Shown here: positions 37,689 through 48,341 of the stretch, piece by piece
Numbering within the stretch: the first letter of the stretch is position 1
How the letters are laid out: each line of letters begins with the position of its first letter
Assembly (NCBI GenBank): GCA_963717505.1
Contig: OY970342.1
Span: forward strand, 544,001-608,000
DNA: 64,000 bases
Reading direction: 5' to 3'
Source: Candidatus Eiseniibacteriota bacterium
GTDB taxonomy: Bacteria; Eisenbacteria; RBG-16-71-46
Made by a program: the position numbers and the translations under genes
Notes under the pieces: generated by a model
Told to the model about the DNA's origin: nothing
Databases searched by the model: none
What the model saw: only the letters and a program-made list of their open reading frames with translations

Positions 37689-39335
37689 TCAGAACCTCGA
37701 CGCCGCGATCTGGATGTCCGCATCCTTCCACGCCTTGTCGAACCGCGCCTTGGCCTCCGCCGCTTCCTTCGACTTCCCCTGGGCCTCGTAGCTCTTCATG
37801 AGTCCCATCAGCGACCAGCCGTTTTCCGGGTTCTCCTTGAGATCGGCGAGATAGACCTGCTCCGCATCTGCGGCGCGTCCGCCTTCGAGCAGCACGGCGC
37901 CCAGCGAATGTCGCACCGGGTAGAGCCAATCCACCGGCTCGTTGTACTTGAGCCCGCTCTCGAGCTTCACGGCTTCGGTCAGGCGCTGGACGCCGGATTC
38001 GAGGTTGCCCTGCTTGGCCGACAGCTCGCCGGACAGGACCGCCACCGCGATCGCCATGAGCTGCTTCATGGTGTTGATTTCCATGACGGTGATCTTCTCG
38101 AGCGTGTCCTTGGCCGCGATGGCGCCCAGTGCTTCGAGCTCGCGCGAGGCATCGTCGAGCTTGCCCTTGGCCACGAACGCGCGGCCACGCGCATAGTGCC
38201 AGACGCCGGTCGGGTACAGCAGATCGGCGGGCGGCTGCGGGGCCTCGAGGATGCGGTCCCACTTGCCGAAGCGCACGTCGCCGTACAGGCGGATGTAGGC
38301 GTACTGCTGGAGCGCGCCCAGACCCGGGTCGCGCATCATGTCGTGCATCGTGGTCGCGTAGGTGCGATCAGCGGCGTCGAACGCCGCGGAGCTCCACCCC
38401 ATCATCGAAGCGCCCGCCCACGCCATGTGGTGGTTGTGCGGAATGTAGCCGAGCGGATAGAGACCCTGGGCGTGGCACTGCTCGACGTAGCTCTTGTCGG
38501 CGTCGCCGGCCTTGAGGTTGAGCAGCACCACGTCGTGGTAGCGCCCGGTACGGATGTACGTGTGCGTCGGCATGTGCACCAGGTGGCCCGACCCCGGCAC
38601 CAGGGACGGCAGCTTCTCGGCGTAGCGTTCGGCGCGCTCCGGCGCGGTCGAGGCCTCGGTGCCGTGGATGTAGAGGTGGATCGCCAGCGGATTCGTCGGA
38701 TTGCGCTCGAGCACGGCCTCGAGCGTCGAGATGATCTCCGCGGTCCACGGCTGCGGGACGCGGCCTTCGCCGTAGTAGTTCCACGGGTTCAGGTCCATCA
38801 ACGACTCGGCGAACATGGCCGCGCTGTTGTCTTCCTTCGGGAATCGCTTCACCACCTCGCGCATGGCGTCGGAGTATGCCTGGTCCAGCGGCTTGCGATC
38901 CGCCGGAACCGGCATCGCGTAGCGCTTGGCCATCGCCTCGGCCATCGCGCGCTCCCAGTCGGTCGCAGCCTTGGGCTTTTTGGAAAGCTCCAATGCCTTT
39001 TGTGCCGCGCGGAATGCTTCTGGCGCGTTCACAGTGTCCATCGCCGCGTTGATGTTGGGACCGAGCACGTAGGCCACGCCCCACCAACCCATCACGCAAT
39101 TGGGATCCAGGTTCGTCACCTCGCGGAACGAGCGCACCGCCTCCCCGTGATTGAATCCGTACGACAGAATCAATCCCTGGTTGAAGTAGCGCTGGGCGAG
39201 CTGCGACTTGGTGCTGACCGGAACGTTGAGATTGCCGAGCCCCTCGAAGAACGGGGCGCGCGGCGACTTCTCCGCGGCTGGGGACGAAGCGGCGCTCAGC
39301 GCGAGCGTGAGTAGAACGCTGGCGAAGGTACGCAT
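37689..39335 (-). CDS. Secreted TPR-repeat protein with conserved His-rich motifs
   Basis: Signal peptide; AQRYFNQGL..YGFNH; HLYIH; GHLVHMPTH; PENGWSL. Confidence 0.82.
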   Translation of the reverse strand: MRTFASVLLTLALSAASSPAAEKSPRAPFFEGLGNLNVPVSTKSQLAQRYFNQGLILSYGFNHGEAVRSFREVTNLDPNCVMGWWGVAYVLGPNINAAMDTVNAPEAFRAAQKALELSKKPKAATDWERAMAEAMAKRYAMPVPADRKPLDQAYSDAMREVVKRFPKEDNSAAMFAESLMDLNPWNYYGEGRVPQPWTAEIISTLEAVLERNPTNPLAIHLYIHGTEASTAPERAERYAEKLPSLVPGSGHLVHMPTHTYIRTGRYHDVVLLNLKAGDADKSYVEQCHAQGLYPLGYIPHNHHMAWAGASMMGWSSAAFDAADRTYATTMHDMMRDPGLGALQQYAYIRLYGDVRFGKWDRILEAPQPPADLLYPTGVWHYARGRAFVAKGKLDDASRELEALGAIAAKDTLEKITVMEINTMKQLMAIAVAVLSGELSAKQGNLESGVQRLTEAVKLESGLKYNEPVDWLYPVRHSLGAVLLEGGRAADAEQVYLADLKENPENGWSLMGLMKSYEAQGKSKEAAEAKARFDKAWKDADIQIAASRF

Positions 39336-39365
39336 GCGGTTCTCCTGTGTTTCGGGGTGTTTTGG

Positions 39366-40613
39366 CTACCGCGCGGCGGCGACGCTTTCGATCTTGCTGC
39401 GCAGGCGCCGGGCGATCGCCGTGATGAATTCACCGGTGTCGGCATGGGACAACGGTCGCGGATTCGCGATCGCCGCCATGTCCTTGGTCATGACGCCGGA
39501 TTCGACGGTCTCGATCACCGAACGCTCGATCTTCTGCGCGAAGTCGACCAGCTCCGGCGTGCCGTCCAGCTCGCCGCGCTTGGCGATCGCACCAGTCCAC
39601 GCGAAGATCGTGGCCGTCGAGTTGGTCGAGGTCTTCTGTCCTTCCTGGTGCTGTCGATAGTGCTTGGTCACCGTGCCGTGCGCGGCTTCGAATTCGAACT
39701 GCCCGGTCGGCGACACCAGCACCGAGGTCATCAACCCCAGGCTGCCGAAGCCCGACGCCACCATGTCGCTCATCACGTCGCCGTCGTAGTTCATGCACGC
39801 CCACAGGAATCCGCCCGGACTCCTCACGGCGCGCGCCACGGCATCGTCGATCAACAGGTAGGTGTACGTGATGCCGGCAGCCTCCAGGTCGGCCTTCCGC
39901 GCCTCGGTCTCCTGGCGGAAGATCTCGCGGAACGCGCCGTGGTAGATCTTGGCGATCGTGTCCTTGCCGCTGAACCACATGTTCACGCGCTCGAAAAGCG
40001 CGTAGGCGATGCAGGCTTTCGCGAAACTGCGGATCGAGCCGTCGAGGTTGTGCGTGCCGCGGATGATCCCCGGGGTCTTGAACTCGTGGATGGTCAACCG
40101 CTGGACTTCGCTGCCGTCGTCGGGCGTGAACACGATCTCGGCACGGCCGGTCTTGCGGATGCGCATCTCGGCGCTCTTGTACATGTCGCCGTAGGCATGG
40201 CGGCCGATCACGATCGGCTTGACCCACGAGCGCACGGTCGGCGGCACGTTCTTGACCATGATCGGCTTCCGGAACACCGTGCCGTCGAGGATCGCGCGCA
40301 GCGTGCCGTTCGGGCTCGGCCACGCCTTCTTGAGCGAGTATTCCGTGACCCGGCCTTCGTCGGGGGTGATCGTGGCACACTTGACGCCGACGCCGTGTCG
40401 CTTGATGGCCTCCGCGGCTTCGACCGTGACGCGATCGTCGGTCTTGTCGCGATTTGGCAAGCCGAGGTCGTAGTACTCGAGCTTGAGGTCGGCGAACGGC
40501 TCGATCAGGTCCCGCTTCACCAGCTGCCAGATGATGCGGGTCATCTCGTCGCCATCGAGCTCGACGATGGTGTTTTTCGACTGGATGCGGGGTCCGTGGT
40601 GCCGCTCGGTCAT
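39366..40613 (-). CDS. icd: NADP-dependent isocitrate dehydrogenase (eukaryote-like subfamily II)
   Basis: [40 protein letters not shown] and EAAHGTVT; AAGGAG RBS. Confidence 0.95.
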   Translation of the reverse strand: MTERHHGPRIQSKNTIVELDGDEMTRIIWQLVKRDLIEPFADLKLEYYDLGLPNRDKTDDRVTVEAAEAIKRHGVGVKCATITPDEGRVTEYSLKKAWPSPNGTLRAILDGTVFRKPIMVKNVPPTVRSWVKPIVIGRHAYGDMYKSAEMRIRKTGRAEIVFTPDDGSEVQRLTIHEFKTPGIIRGTHNLDGSIRSFAKACIAYALFERVNMWFSGKDTIAKIYHGAFREIFRQETEARKADLEAAGITYTYLLIDDAVARAVRSPGGFLWACMNYDGDVMSDMVASGFGSLGLMTSVLVSPTGQFEFEAAHGTVTKHYRQHQEGQKTSTNSTATIFAWTGAIAKRGELDGTPELVDFAQKIERSVIETVESGVMTKDMAAIANPRPLSHADTGEFITAIARRLRSKIESVAAAR

Positions 40614-40729
40614 GAATGGGCTCCTTGAGTGCGGTCGATCAACGAGGAAACGTAGCACGAGCCCCGGGGGGGCGCGAACCTGGGTCGCGGTCGGGGTCGC
40701 CGTCTACTGCGCGACTGTGGGCCGCTATG

Positions 40730-40735
40730 TATAAT
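40730..40735 (+). promoter_or_regulatory. Putative -10 element for the pnt operon
   Basis: Perfect TATAAT 11 bp upstream of the pntA ATG with no SD, so the transcript may be near-leaderless. Confidence 0.45.
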
Positions 40736-40746
40736 GCCCGCCGCTC

Positions 40747-41910
40747 ATGCTCACGATCGGCGTCCCTCGTGAAATCCTGCCCGGCGAACAGCGTGTCGCC
40801 GCGACCCCCGAAACCGTGGCCAAGCTCGCGGCGACCGGTACTGCGGTCGTGGTCGAAGCCGGCGCCGGCAGCGCGGCCGGCCACCTCGACGACGCCTACG
40901 CCAAGGCCGGGGCGCGCATCGCTCCCGACGCCGCCGCCGTGTATTCCGAGGCCCGGGTCCTGCTCAAGGTTCGCGAACCCGCCCCGCGAGGCGCCGGCCA
41001 CGAAGCCGACTCGTTTGCGCCGGGCAGCGCGCTGGTCAGCTTCCTGGCCTTGGAGCGCAACCCGGACCTGATCGATCGCTTGTGCGCGCGCAACGTCACC
41101 GCGTTCGCGATGGAGCGGATTCCGCGCACGACGCGCGCCCAGCGCATGGACGCGTTGTCGTCGATGAGCACGGTGGCCGGATACAAAGCCGTGCTGCTCG
41201 GGGCAAGTGCGCTCGGCCGCTTTTTCCCGCTGCTGATGACCGCGGCTGGAACCATCGCGCCCGCCAAGGTGTTCGTGCTCGGCGCCGGGGTCGCGGGCCT
41301 CCAGGCGATCGCCACAGCCCGCCGGCTGGGCGCGGTGGTCGAAGCCTTCGACGTCCGCCCCGCCGTGCGCGAAGAAGTGCAGAGCCTGGGCGCCACGTTC
41401 GTCGCCGCCGAGCTGACCGATGCCGCGAGTGTGGCCGCCGGCGGCTACGCCAAGGCTCAGTCGCAGGATCAGGAGCAACTCACCCGCGATCGCATCCGCC
41501 CGCATGTCGCTCAGGCCGACGTGGTGGTCGCGACCGCGAACGTGCCGGGCCGCCGAGCACCGGTGCTGGTCAGCGCCGACATGGTGCGTGAGATGAAACC
41601 CGGCTCGGTGATCGTCGACCTCGCCGCGGAAGGCGGCGGCAACTGCGAGCTGACCCGGCCCGGTGAAACCACGGTCGCGCACGGCGTGACGCTGCTGGGC
41701 CCGGTGAACCTGGCCGCCTCGCTGCCGTTCCACGCCAGCCAGATGTACGCGCGCAACGTGCTGGCGTTCGTCCAGCTCCTGATCAAGGACGGCGCCCTCA
41801 AGGTGGACTTCGCGGACGACATCCTCGCGGCCACCTGCGTCGCCCACGCCGGACAGTCGCGGCTCCCGGGGGCCGCCCCCGCGCTAGCCGTGTCCGAGGC
41901 GCGCTCATGA
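40747..41910 (+). CDS. pntA: NAD(P) transhydrogenase subunit alpha, domain I
   Basis: IGVPRE...RVAATP, RAQRMDALSS, GAGVAGLQAIATARRLGA and GGYAK. Confidence 0.95.
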   Translation: MLTIGVPREILPGEQRVAATPETVAKLAATGTAVVVEAGAGSAAGHLDDAYAKAGARIAPDAAAVYSEARVLLKVREPAPRGAGHEADSFAPGSALVSFLALERNPDLIDRLCARNVTAFAMERIPRTTRAQRMDALSSMSTVAGYKAVLLGASALGRFFPLLMTAAGTIAPAKVFVLGAGVAGLQAIATARRLGAVVEAFDVRPAVREEVQSLGATFVAAELTDAASVAAGGYAKAQSQDQEQLTRDRIRPHVAQADVVVATANVPGRRAPVLVSADMVREMKPGSVIVDLAAEGGGNCELTRPGETTVAHGVTLLGPVNLAASLPFHASQMYARNVLAFVQLLIKDGALKVDFADDILAATCVAHAGQSRLPGAAPALAVSEARS

Positions 41911-42251
41911 GCTTCGAGCTGCTGGCCCAGGTCTACGTGTTCGCACTGGCGATCTTCGTCGGCTTCGAGGTGATTTCGAAGGTGCCGGTGGTGCTGCACA
42001 CGCCGCTCATGTCCGGCACCAACGCGATTCACGGGATCGTCGTGATCGGCGGCATCCTGGTGCTCGGCACCGCCGGCAGCCCGATGGAGATGGTGCTGGG
42101 GGTGGTCGCGGTCGCATTCGGCGCGATGAACCTGGCGGGCGGATTCGTGGTGACCGACCGCATGCTCGAGATGTTCAAGGGCAGGCCGCGCCCGGGGTCG
42201 CGCCCGCCTGCGCAGGGCGCGAAAGGCTCCGGAGCCGCCGGGAAGTCATGA
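41907..42251 (+). CDS. NAD(P) transhydrogenase subunit alpha, membrane part
   Basis: LHTPLMSGTNAIHG and GGFVVTDRMLEMF. Confidence 0.93.
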   Translation: MSFELLAQVYVFALAIFVGFEVISKVPVVLHTPLMSGTNAIHGIVVIGGILVLGTAGSPMEMVLGVVAVAFGAMNLAGGFVVTDRMLEMFKGRPRPGSRPPAQGAKGSGAAGKS

Positions 42252-43684
42252 GTTCCCATCTCACGGTGCCGCTCGCCGTCCATCTCTCGTACCTGCTGGC
42301 TTCGGTTCTGTTCATCGTCGGACTCAAGTTGCTGAGCTCGCCGGCGTCCGCGCGATCGGGCAACCTGGTGGCGGCGGCCGGCATGACGCTCGCCGTGGTC
42401 GCCACGTTGTTCATCCCCGGGCTTCAGCTGTCGCCGCTCCTGTGGCTCGGCCTGGCGGCCGGCACCGTGGCCGGCGTCTGGGGTGCTCGCGCCGTGGCGA
42501 TCACCGACATGCCGCAGATGGTCGCCATGCTCAACGGCCTGGGTGGCGGTGCGGCGGCGCTGGTGTCGGTGACCGAGATCCTGCGCGCCCAGCGGCCGAC
42601 GGGCGTGAGCGCGATCCTCGAGGCACTCGGCGAGCGGGTCGGCGCCTCACCGATCGAGCTGTTCGGCGTCCTGATCGGCTCGGTCGCCTTCAGCGGCAGC
42701 ATCGTCGCCTACGCCAAGCTCCAGGGCCTGGTGTCCGAGAAGGCGATCGCGTCGGGCTGGACGCGCGTTGTCAATCTCTCCCTGGTGGCGCTCCTTCTCG
42801 TATCCGGCTTCCTGTGCATGCAGACGGCGGGCAGCGCGTCACTGATCGTGTTCACGCTGGCAGCACTCGCGTTTGGCGTGTTCATGGTGGTGCCGATCGG
42901 CGGCGCCGACATGCCGGTCGTGATCTCGATCCTCAATTCGTGCACCGGGCTCGCCGCCGCGGCTACCGGATTCGTGCTCGACAACCGGGCGCTGATCATT
43001 GCCGGCACGCTGGTCGGCGCGTCGGGTTCGCTGCTGACACGGCTCATGTGCAAGGCCATGAACCGCTCCCTGGCCAACGTGCTGTTTGGCGGCTTCGGCG
43101 CAGCGCCCGCTACCGGCGCCGGCGCTGCCGCCGCGGGCTCGGCCACCGGACGACCGGTTCGCGAAGTCGGCCCCGAGGATGCCGCCGTGCTCTTGTCCAA
43201 CATCCGTTCGCTGATCGTGGTTCCCGGCTACGGCATGGCGGTGGCACAGGCCCAACACGCAGTACGCGAGCTGGCCGAGCTGCTCGGCAAGCGCGGCGTC
43301 GAGGTGAAGTACGCGGTCCATCCTGTGGCGGGTCGCATGCCCGGGCACATGAACGTCCTGCTCGCCGAGGCCAACGTCCCCTACACGCAGCTCTTCGATC
43401 TCGAACAGATCAACAGCGAGTTCGAGCACACCGATGTCGCTCTGGTGATCGGCGCCAACGACGTGGTCAACCCCGCGGCGCGCACCGACACCCAGAGTCC
43501 GATCTACGGCATGCCGATCCTGGATGCCGACAAGGCTCAGCACTGCATCGTGATCAAGCGGAGCCTGAACCCGGGCTTTGCCGGGATCGACAACCCGCTC
43601 TACTACGAGCCACGCACACTGATGCTGTTCGGTGACGCTAAAGGCGCGGTGGTCAAGCTGGTCGAGGCGCTCAAAGCCGCGTAG
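42248..43684 (+). CDS. pntB: NAD(P) transhydrogenase subunit beta
   Basis: MPQMVA, IGGADMPVVIS, MCKAMNRS, HPVAGRMPGHMNV and GANDVVNP. Confidence 0.95.
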   Translation: MSSHLTVPLAVHLSYLLASVLFIVGLKLLSSPASARSGNLVAAAGMTLAVVATLFIPGLQLSPLLWLGLAAGTVAGVWGARAVAITDMPQMVAMLNGLGGGAAALVSVTEILRAQRPTGVSAILEALGERVGASPIELFGVLIGSVAFSGSIVAYAKLQGLVSEKAIASGWTRVVNLSLVALLLVSGFLCMQTAGSASLIVFTLAALAFGVFMVVPIGGADMPVVISILNSCTGLAAAATGFVLDNRALIIAGTLVGASGSLLTRLMCKAMNRSLANVLFGGFGAAPATGAGAAAAGSATGRPVREVGPEDAAVLLSNIRSLIVVPGYGMAVAQAQHAVRELAELLGKRGVEVKYAVHPVAGRMPGHMNVLLAEANVPYTQLFDLEQINSEFEHTDVALVIGANDVVNPAARTDTQSPIYGMPILDADKAQHCIVIKRSLNPGFAGIDNPLYYEPRTLMLFGDAKGAVVKLVEALKAA

Positions 43685-43728
43685 AAAACACTGGACGCTC
43701 GCCAACGTCCGGTGGAAAATGCGCCATC

Positions 43729-45567
43729 ATGTTCGGCCGCATCTTGCTCGACACCGGCGCGCGGGTTCCACGCGCGATCAGGGCCGTCCTGGCCTCGGCT
43801 TTTTTTGCTGGCGCCGCCGGGGTTGCCCGCGCCGACAATCCCATCATCGACGAGAACGCGTTGCCGGGAACCACCGCGTGGCAGCTCGTAGATGGCCTCC
43901 AAACCGGCGGCTGTCCGAACGACAGCTGCTCCTGGTTCCTGGGCGCCCGCCGCGGCGCCGAGGGGTACGCCTCGCCCGAGAGCGTCGACCACGGCGACAC
44001 GCTCCGAATCTTCGTGAGCTGCGACGAGCCGGAGTTCACGCTGCGTGTGTTTCGCATGGGCTGGTACGGGGGCGCCGGCGGACGTCAGGTGCTGGGTCCG
44101 GTCACGCTCCCCGGCCGGTATCAGATCGCGCCGGCCCCAGACCCCGCGAGCGGCAAGGTCGAGTGCCGGTGGACGGATCCGCTTTCGATCGCGATCCCCA
44201 ACGACTGGGTGAGCGGCGTCTATCTCGCCACCCTCACGACCTCGATCACGCACGAGCAGTCCTACGTGCCATTCGTGGTTCGCGATCATGAACGTGCGGC
44301 TGACCTGGCCGTCATGCTCCCGACCCTGACCTGGCAGGCCTACAACTGCTGGGGCGGCCGATCGCTCTACGGCTTCAACAGCATCGGCTGCCAGGCCGCG
44401 ACCGAAGTGTCGTTCGACCGCCCGCACTCGAATGGATTCGGCGCCGGCGACTTGTTCTTCTATTCGATCCAGACGATCCGCTGGCTCGAGCGCGAAGGCT
44501 ACGACGTCACCTATTGCACCAACGTCGACTTGCATGCCGACGCCGCCATGATGCGATCCCGGCGCGCCATCGTGTCGACGGCGCACGACGAGTACTGGAC
44601 CTGGGAAATGCGCACGAACCTCGAAGAGGTTCGCGACAGCGTGAGCATGGCGTTTCTCGGCGCCAACACGTGTTACTGGCAGGTGCGGCTCGGGCCCAAC
44701 GGCAACGGAATGCCCCTGCGCACCGTAGTCGGTTACAAGGAACGGGCGCTCACCGAGGATCCGTACCTGTACGACGGGGATCCGAGCAACGACCACCGGG
44801 TCACGACCCGGTGGCGAATCCTGCCCGTGAACTGGCCCGAAGGGGGGTTGGTGGGGGTCCAGTACGACTCCAACATGCAGGGGCTGATTCCCACGGATCT
44901 GGACATGATCGTGACCGGGAATCCGCCCTGGCTGTTCGCGAACACCGGTCTCGCCCCCGGCGACACGTTGCCCATGCTGTTGGGTCACGAGATGGACCGG
45001 CGGCATCCCTCTTCGGTCGAGTACGCGGTGGTCGCGGCCAGCTCACCGGTCTACATCTCGGACCCGGCCTACCCCGACCCCTTCCGCGGCATTGCCGAGA
45101 TGACCGTGTGCGAGACCACGAGCAACATCATCTTCGCCACCGGCACCCTGCAGTGGAGCTGGGGGCTCGACGACTGTCCGCTCGGGATCGGCCACATCCC
45201 GCGGGTCAGTCCCGCGGCCCAGCAGATGACGCGGAACGTCCTCGACCGCATGATTACCCTGGTGTTGCCGCCCCTCGACGTGCCCTCGGGAACCACGGCC
45301 AGACGCTCGATGTCCGCCTGGCCGCAGCCATTTCGCGGCGGCCGGCTGCAGCTCTCGCTCGAGGAGTTCGAGGGACCGGACCCGGTCCAAGTCACGGTTC
45401 ACGACGTGGCCGGGCGGCGCCTGCGGTCGTTCCCCGCGACCGGAGGGCGCGACGCCCAGTGGGACGGCCGCGACGACCAGGGACTCGAGGTCGCGAGCGG
45501 CCTGGTCTGGATCCGCGCGAGACGAGGCGATCAGGTTCGTGGCACACGGGTGCTGGTGATCCGTTAG
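43729..45567 (+). CDS. Secreted N,N-dimethylformamidase large-subunit-like domain protein with C-terminal FlgD-Ig/sorting-like domain
   Basis: NPIIDENALPG, TWQAYNCWGGRSLY, SFDRP, WLEREGYDV and HDEYW; tail AWPQPF...HDVAGRRLR...WDGRDDQG.EVASG. Confidence 0.8.
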   Translation: MFGRILLDTGARVPRAIRAVLASAFFAGAAGVARADNPIIDENALPGTTAWQLVDGLQTGGCPNDSCSWFLGARRGAEGYASPESVDHGDTLRIFVSCDEPEFTLRVFRMGWYGGAGGRQVLGPVTLPGRYQIAPAPDPASGKVECRWTDPLSIAIPNDWVSGVYLATLTTSITHEQSYVPFVVRDHERAADLAVMLPTLTWQAYNCWGGRSLYGFNSIGCQAATEVSFDRPHSNGFGAGDLFFYSIQTIRWLEREGYDVTYCTNVDLHADAAMMRSRRAIVSTAHDEYWTWEMRTNLEEVRDSVSMAFLGANTCYWQVRLGPNGNGMPLRTVVGYKERALTEDPYLYDGDPSNDHRVTTRWRILPVNWPEGGLVGVQYDSNMQGLIPTDLDMIVTGNPPWLFANTGLAPGDTLPMLLGHEMDRRHPSSVEYAVVAASSPVYISDPAYPDPFRGIAEMTVCETTSNIIFATGTLQWSWGLDDCPLGIGHIPRVSPAAQQMTRNVLDRMITLVLPPLDVPSGTTARRSMSAWPQPFRGGRLQLSLEEFEGPDPVQVTVHDVAGRRLRSFPATGGRDAQWDGRDDQGLEVASGLVWIRARRGDQVRGTRVLVIR

Positions 45568-45643
45568 ACTACCGGCCGCGGGCGCCGACCTCGCCGGCCC
45601 GCACGAACGGATTCGCGACCCGGGCCTCTTCTGGAGGTGAACC

Positions 45644-46204
45644 ATGGTTCCCGTTCCTTCGCTGTGGCTTCCGATTCTGCTCTCCGCGGTGATCGTGTTC
45701 CTGATCAGCTGGCTGATCCACATGTTCCTTCCCTATCACCGCAGCGACTTCGGCAAGGTGCCGTCCGAGGATCAGGTCATGGACGCCTTGCGTCCGTTCA
45801 ACATCCCGCCGGGCTCCTACATCCTCCCGAATCCGGGCGGCCCGGCCGGAATGCGCTCACCCGAGTACCAGGAGAAGTTCAAGCGCGGCCCGGTCGCGTT
45901 CATCACGGTCATGAAACCTGGCGTGAACACGATGGGGTCGAGCCTGCTCCAGTGGTTCCTGTTCTGCATCCTGGTCTCGGTATTCGCCGCGTACGTTGCC
46001 GGGCGCACGCTTCAGGCCGGCGCGCCCTATCTGCACGTCTTCCGTTTCGCCGGCACCACGGCGTTTTGCGGCTACGCCCTGGCGCTTTGGCAGAATTCGA
46101 TCTGGTACAAGCGGGCGTGGAGCGTGACCTTCAAACACACGTTCGACGGTCTCCTCTACGCACTGTTCACCGCCGGCACGTTCGGCTGGCTATGGCCGCG
46201 ATAG
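45644..46204 (+). CDS. Conserved hypothetical membrane protein
   Basis: GGAGG RBS; four hydrophobic segments; LWLPILLSAV...HMFLPYH...DGLLYALFTAGTFGWLWP. Confidence 0.8.
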   Translation: MVPVPSLWLPILLSAVIVFLISWLIHMFLPYHRSDFGKVPSEDQVMDALRPFNIPPGSYILPNPGGPAGMRSPEYQEKFKRGPVAFITVMKPGVNTMGSSLLQWFLFCILVSVFAAYVAGRTLQAGAPYLHVFRFAGTTAFCGYALALWQNSIWYKRAWSVTFKHTFDGLLYALFTAGTFGWLWPR

Positions 46205-46214
46205 GAGTCGAGTC

Positions 46215-47591
46215 ATGAACGATTTGCGCACACGCCTGCGCGGACCCGTGATCGAACCGGGGCAGCCGGGCTACGACGACATCCGTTCGGTTTGGAACGC
46301 CATGATCGACCGCCGTCCGGCGGCGATCGCCCGTTGCCTCGGCGTCGCGGACGTAATCGCCGGCGTCCAGTTCGCCCGCGAGCGTGGCCTGCCGCTGTGC
46401 ATCAAAGGTGGCGGCCACAACATCGCCGGGCTCGCGGTGTGCGACGGCGGGCTTCTGCTCGACCTGTCGCTGATGCGCGGTGTGTGGGTCGATCCGAAGG
46501 GCCGGGTGGCACGCGCGCAGGGTGGCTGCCTGCTCGGTGACGTCGACCGCGAGACCCAGCTCCACGGACTCGCCGCGGTGCTCGGTTTCGTCTCCAACAC
46601 CGGGATCGCGGGACTCACGCTCGGCGGCGGATTCGGATACACGACGCGGCGCTTCGGCTGGACCTCGGACAACGTGAACGCGATGGAAGTGGTCACCGCC
46701 GACAGCCGCCTGGTGCGAGCGAGCGCCGACGAGAACGCCGATCTCTTCTGGGGACTGCGCGGCGGCGGCGGCAATTTCGGCGTGGTCACCGGATTCGATT
46801 ATCAGCTGCATGCGTTCGGGCCCGAGATCTATGGCGGCGGCATCGCCTGGCGCGCCGAGGAAGCGCCGGCCGTGCTCGAGATGCTCAAGCGTCTGGACGC
46901 CGACGGGCCGCCCGAGCTGTCGTGCGCCATGGCCATGCGCATCGCGCCGCCCGCCCCTTGGATCGCGAAGGAAGCGCACGGCCAGCCGATCATCCTCCTG
47001 GTGATCTGTTACACGGGTGAGGTCGGGGCCGGCGAGAAGCTCCTGGCGCCGGTCAAGGCGCACGGCAAGCCGGTCGGCGACATCGTCCAGCGCCGGCCGT
47101 ACGTGACCCAACAGAGCCTGCTCGACGCCACGCAGCCCAAGGGCCGGCGTTACTACTGGAAGTCCGAGTACCTGCCGGGTTATTCGAAGGAGTTGTTCGC
47201 GAAGGTCATCGAGCACGCCGCGCGCATTCCGTCGCCGCACTCGGCGGTCATTCTGTTCCCGCTGGGCAAAGCGCTCGGCCGCCTGCCCAACGACCATTCG
47301 GCGGTCGGCAATCGCGACGCGCGCGCGGTGCTCAACATCGCCTCGTCGTGGGAGAAGCCGGAAGACGACAAGACCAACGTGGAGTGGACGCGCGCGACCT
47401 GGAGCGACATGCGCCGGTTCTCGACCGGCGGCACCTACGTCAACTTCCTGACCGAGGAAGACACCGGTGAACGCATTCAGGCCGCGTACGGCGCGAACCT
47501 GGATCGCCTCACCGAGATCAAGGCAGCTTGGGACCCGGACAATCTGTTCCGGACGAACAAGAACATCGCGCCGCAGGCGGCCAGGCGCTGA
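46215..47591 (+). CDS. FAD-binding oxidoreductase (VAO/berberine-bridge family)
   Basis: KGGGHN, GLTLGGG, LFWGLRGGGGNFGVVT and YVNF...K..WDPDNLF. Confidence 0.92.
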   Translation: MNDLRTRLRGPVIEPGQPGYDDIRSVWNAMIDRRPAAIARCLGVADVIAGVQFARERGLPLCIKGGGHNIAGLAVCDGGLLLDLSLMRGVWVDPKGRVARAQGGCLLGDVDRETQLHGLAAVLGFVSNTGIAGLTLGGGFGYTTRRFGWTSDNVNAMEVVTADSRLVRASADENADLFWGLRGGGGNFGVVTGFDYQLHAFGPEIYGGGIAWRAEEAPAVLEMLKRLDADGPPELSCAMAMRIAPPAPWIAKEAHGQPIILLVICYTGEVGAGEKLLAPVKAHGKPVGDIVQRRPYVTQQSLLDATQPKGRRYYWKSEYLPGYSKELFAKVIEHAARIPSPHSAVILFPLGKALGRLPNDHSAVGNRDARAVLNIASSWEKPEDDKTNVEWTRATWSDMRRFSTGGTYVNFLTEEDTGERIQAAYGANLDRLTEIKAAWDPDNLFRTNKNIAPQAARR

Positions 47592-47632
47592 ACGATTCGG
47601 CGCGCCGCTTGGGCGCCACAGGGAGGTGGCCC

Positions 47633-48184
47633 ATGAAGCACGGATTCGCAGTGGTCGGCCTGTTGGGAATGACGATCGCGCTCGCGTCCTGCTCCAGCAC
47701 CGGTGACGACGCCGCGACTGCCGAGTTGGCGCGCACCCAGGCCCAGGCGACGTGGAAGCTCGCGGTCGACGACGCCGGCGCCACGTCGGAGATGGCGCTC
47801 GAGCGCATGGATATCTATCTGACCGAAGACGAGTACCCCGAATACTTCGAGATCCAGGGCACGGGCGTGGTCCTGGTCGGCGAGATTCCGCAGGAACTGA
47901 AGGTGGGTTACGAGGAAGACTTCAAGAAGCTGGTCGGCAAGTCCATTCCGCTCCTCGCCCGCGGCGGCGACCCGCGCGAAGAGAAGGACGCGACCGTGAC
48001 GATCAACGGTCTCGCCTATCCGGTTTCCGGCGGGTCGTTCACCGTGCAGAAGGTGACCGGCAAGTGGGCGGGCAGCGAGGGCGACAAGACGCTGCACGGC
48101 ACGGTCGAGCTGAAATTGCCGGGGGCCAGCGGCGATCGCACGGTGACCGGGACGTTCGCGGTGAACGCCGTGACGTGGGGATGA
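47633..48184 (+). CDS. Hypothetical lipoprotein
   Basis: GGAGG RBS; lipobox IALAS-C. Confidence 0.75.
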   Translation: MKHGFAVVGLLGMTIALASCSSTGDDAATAELARTQAQATWKLAVDDAGATSEMALERMDIYLTEDEYPEYFEIQGTGVVLVGEIPQELKVGYEEDFKKLVGKSIPLLARGGDPREEKDATVTINGLAYPVSGGSFTVQKVTGKWAGSEGDKTLHGTVELKLPGASGDRTVTGTFAVNAVTWG

Positions 48185-48206
48185 TTCGAAGTCCCTTTCG
48201 AATGGA

Positions 48207-48341
48207 CAGGAGGCCCGCCTGCTCGCCAGCCTCAACCACCCGAACATCGGCGCGATCCACGGACTCGAGGAAGCAGGCGGGCACCGCTATCTGGTGCTGG
48301 AGTTCGTCGACGGCGAGACGCTGGCTCAGCGCCTGCGGCGC
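48207..48341 (+). pseudogene. Fragment of a Ser/Thr kinase gene
   Basis: QEARLLASLNHPNIGAIHGLEEAGGHRYLVLEFVDGETLAQRL (subdomains III-V only), with no start or catalytic loop. Confidence 0.75.
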
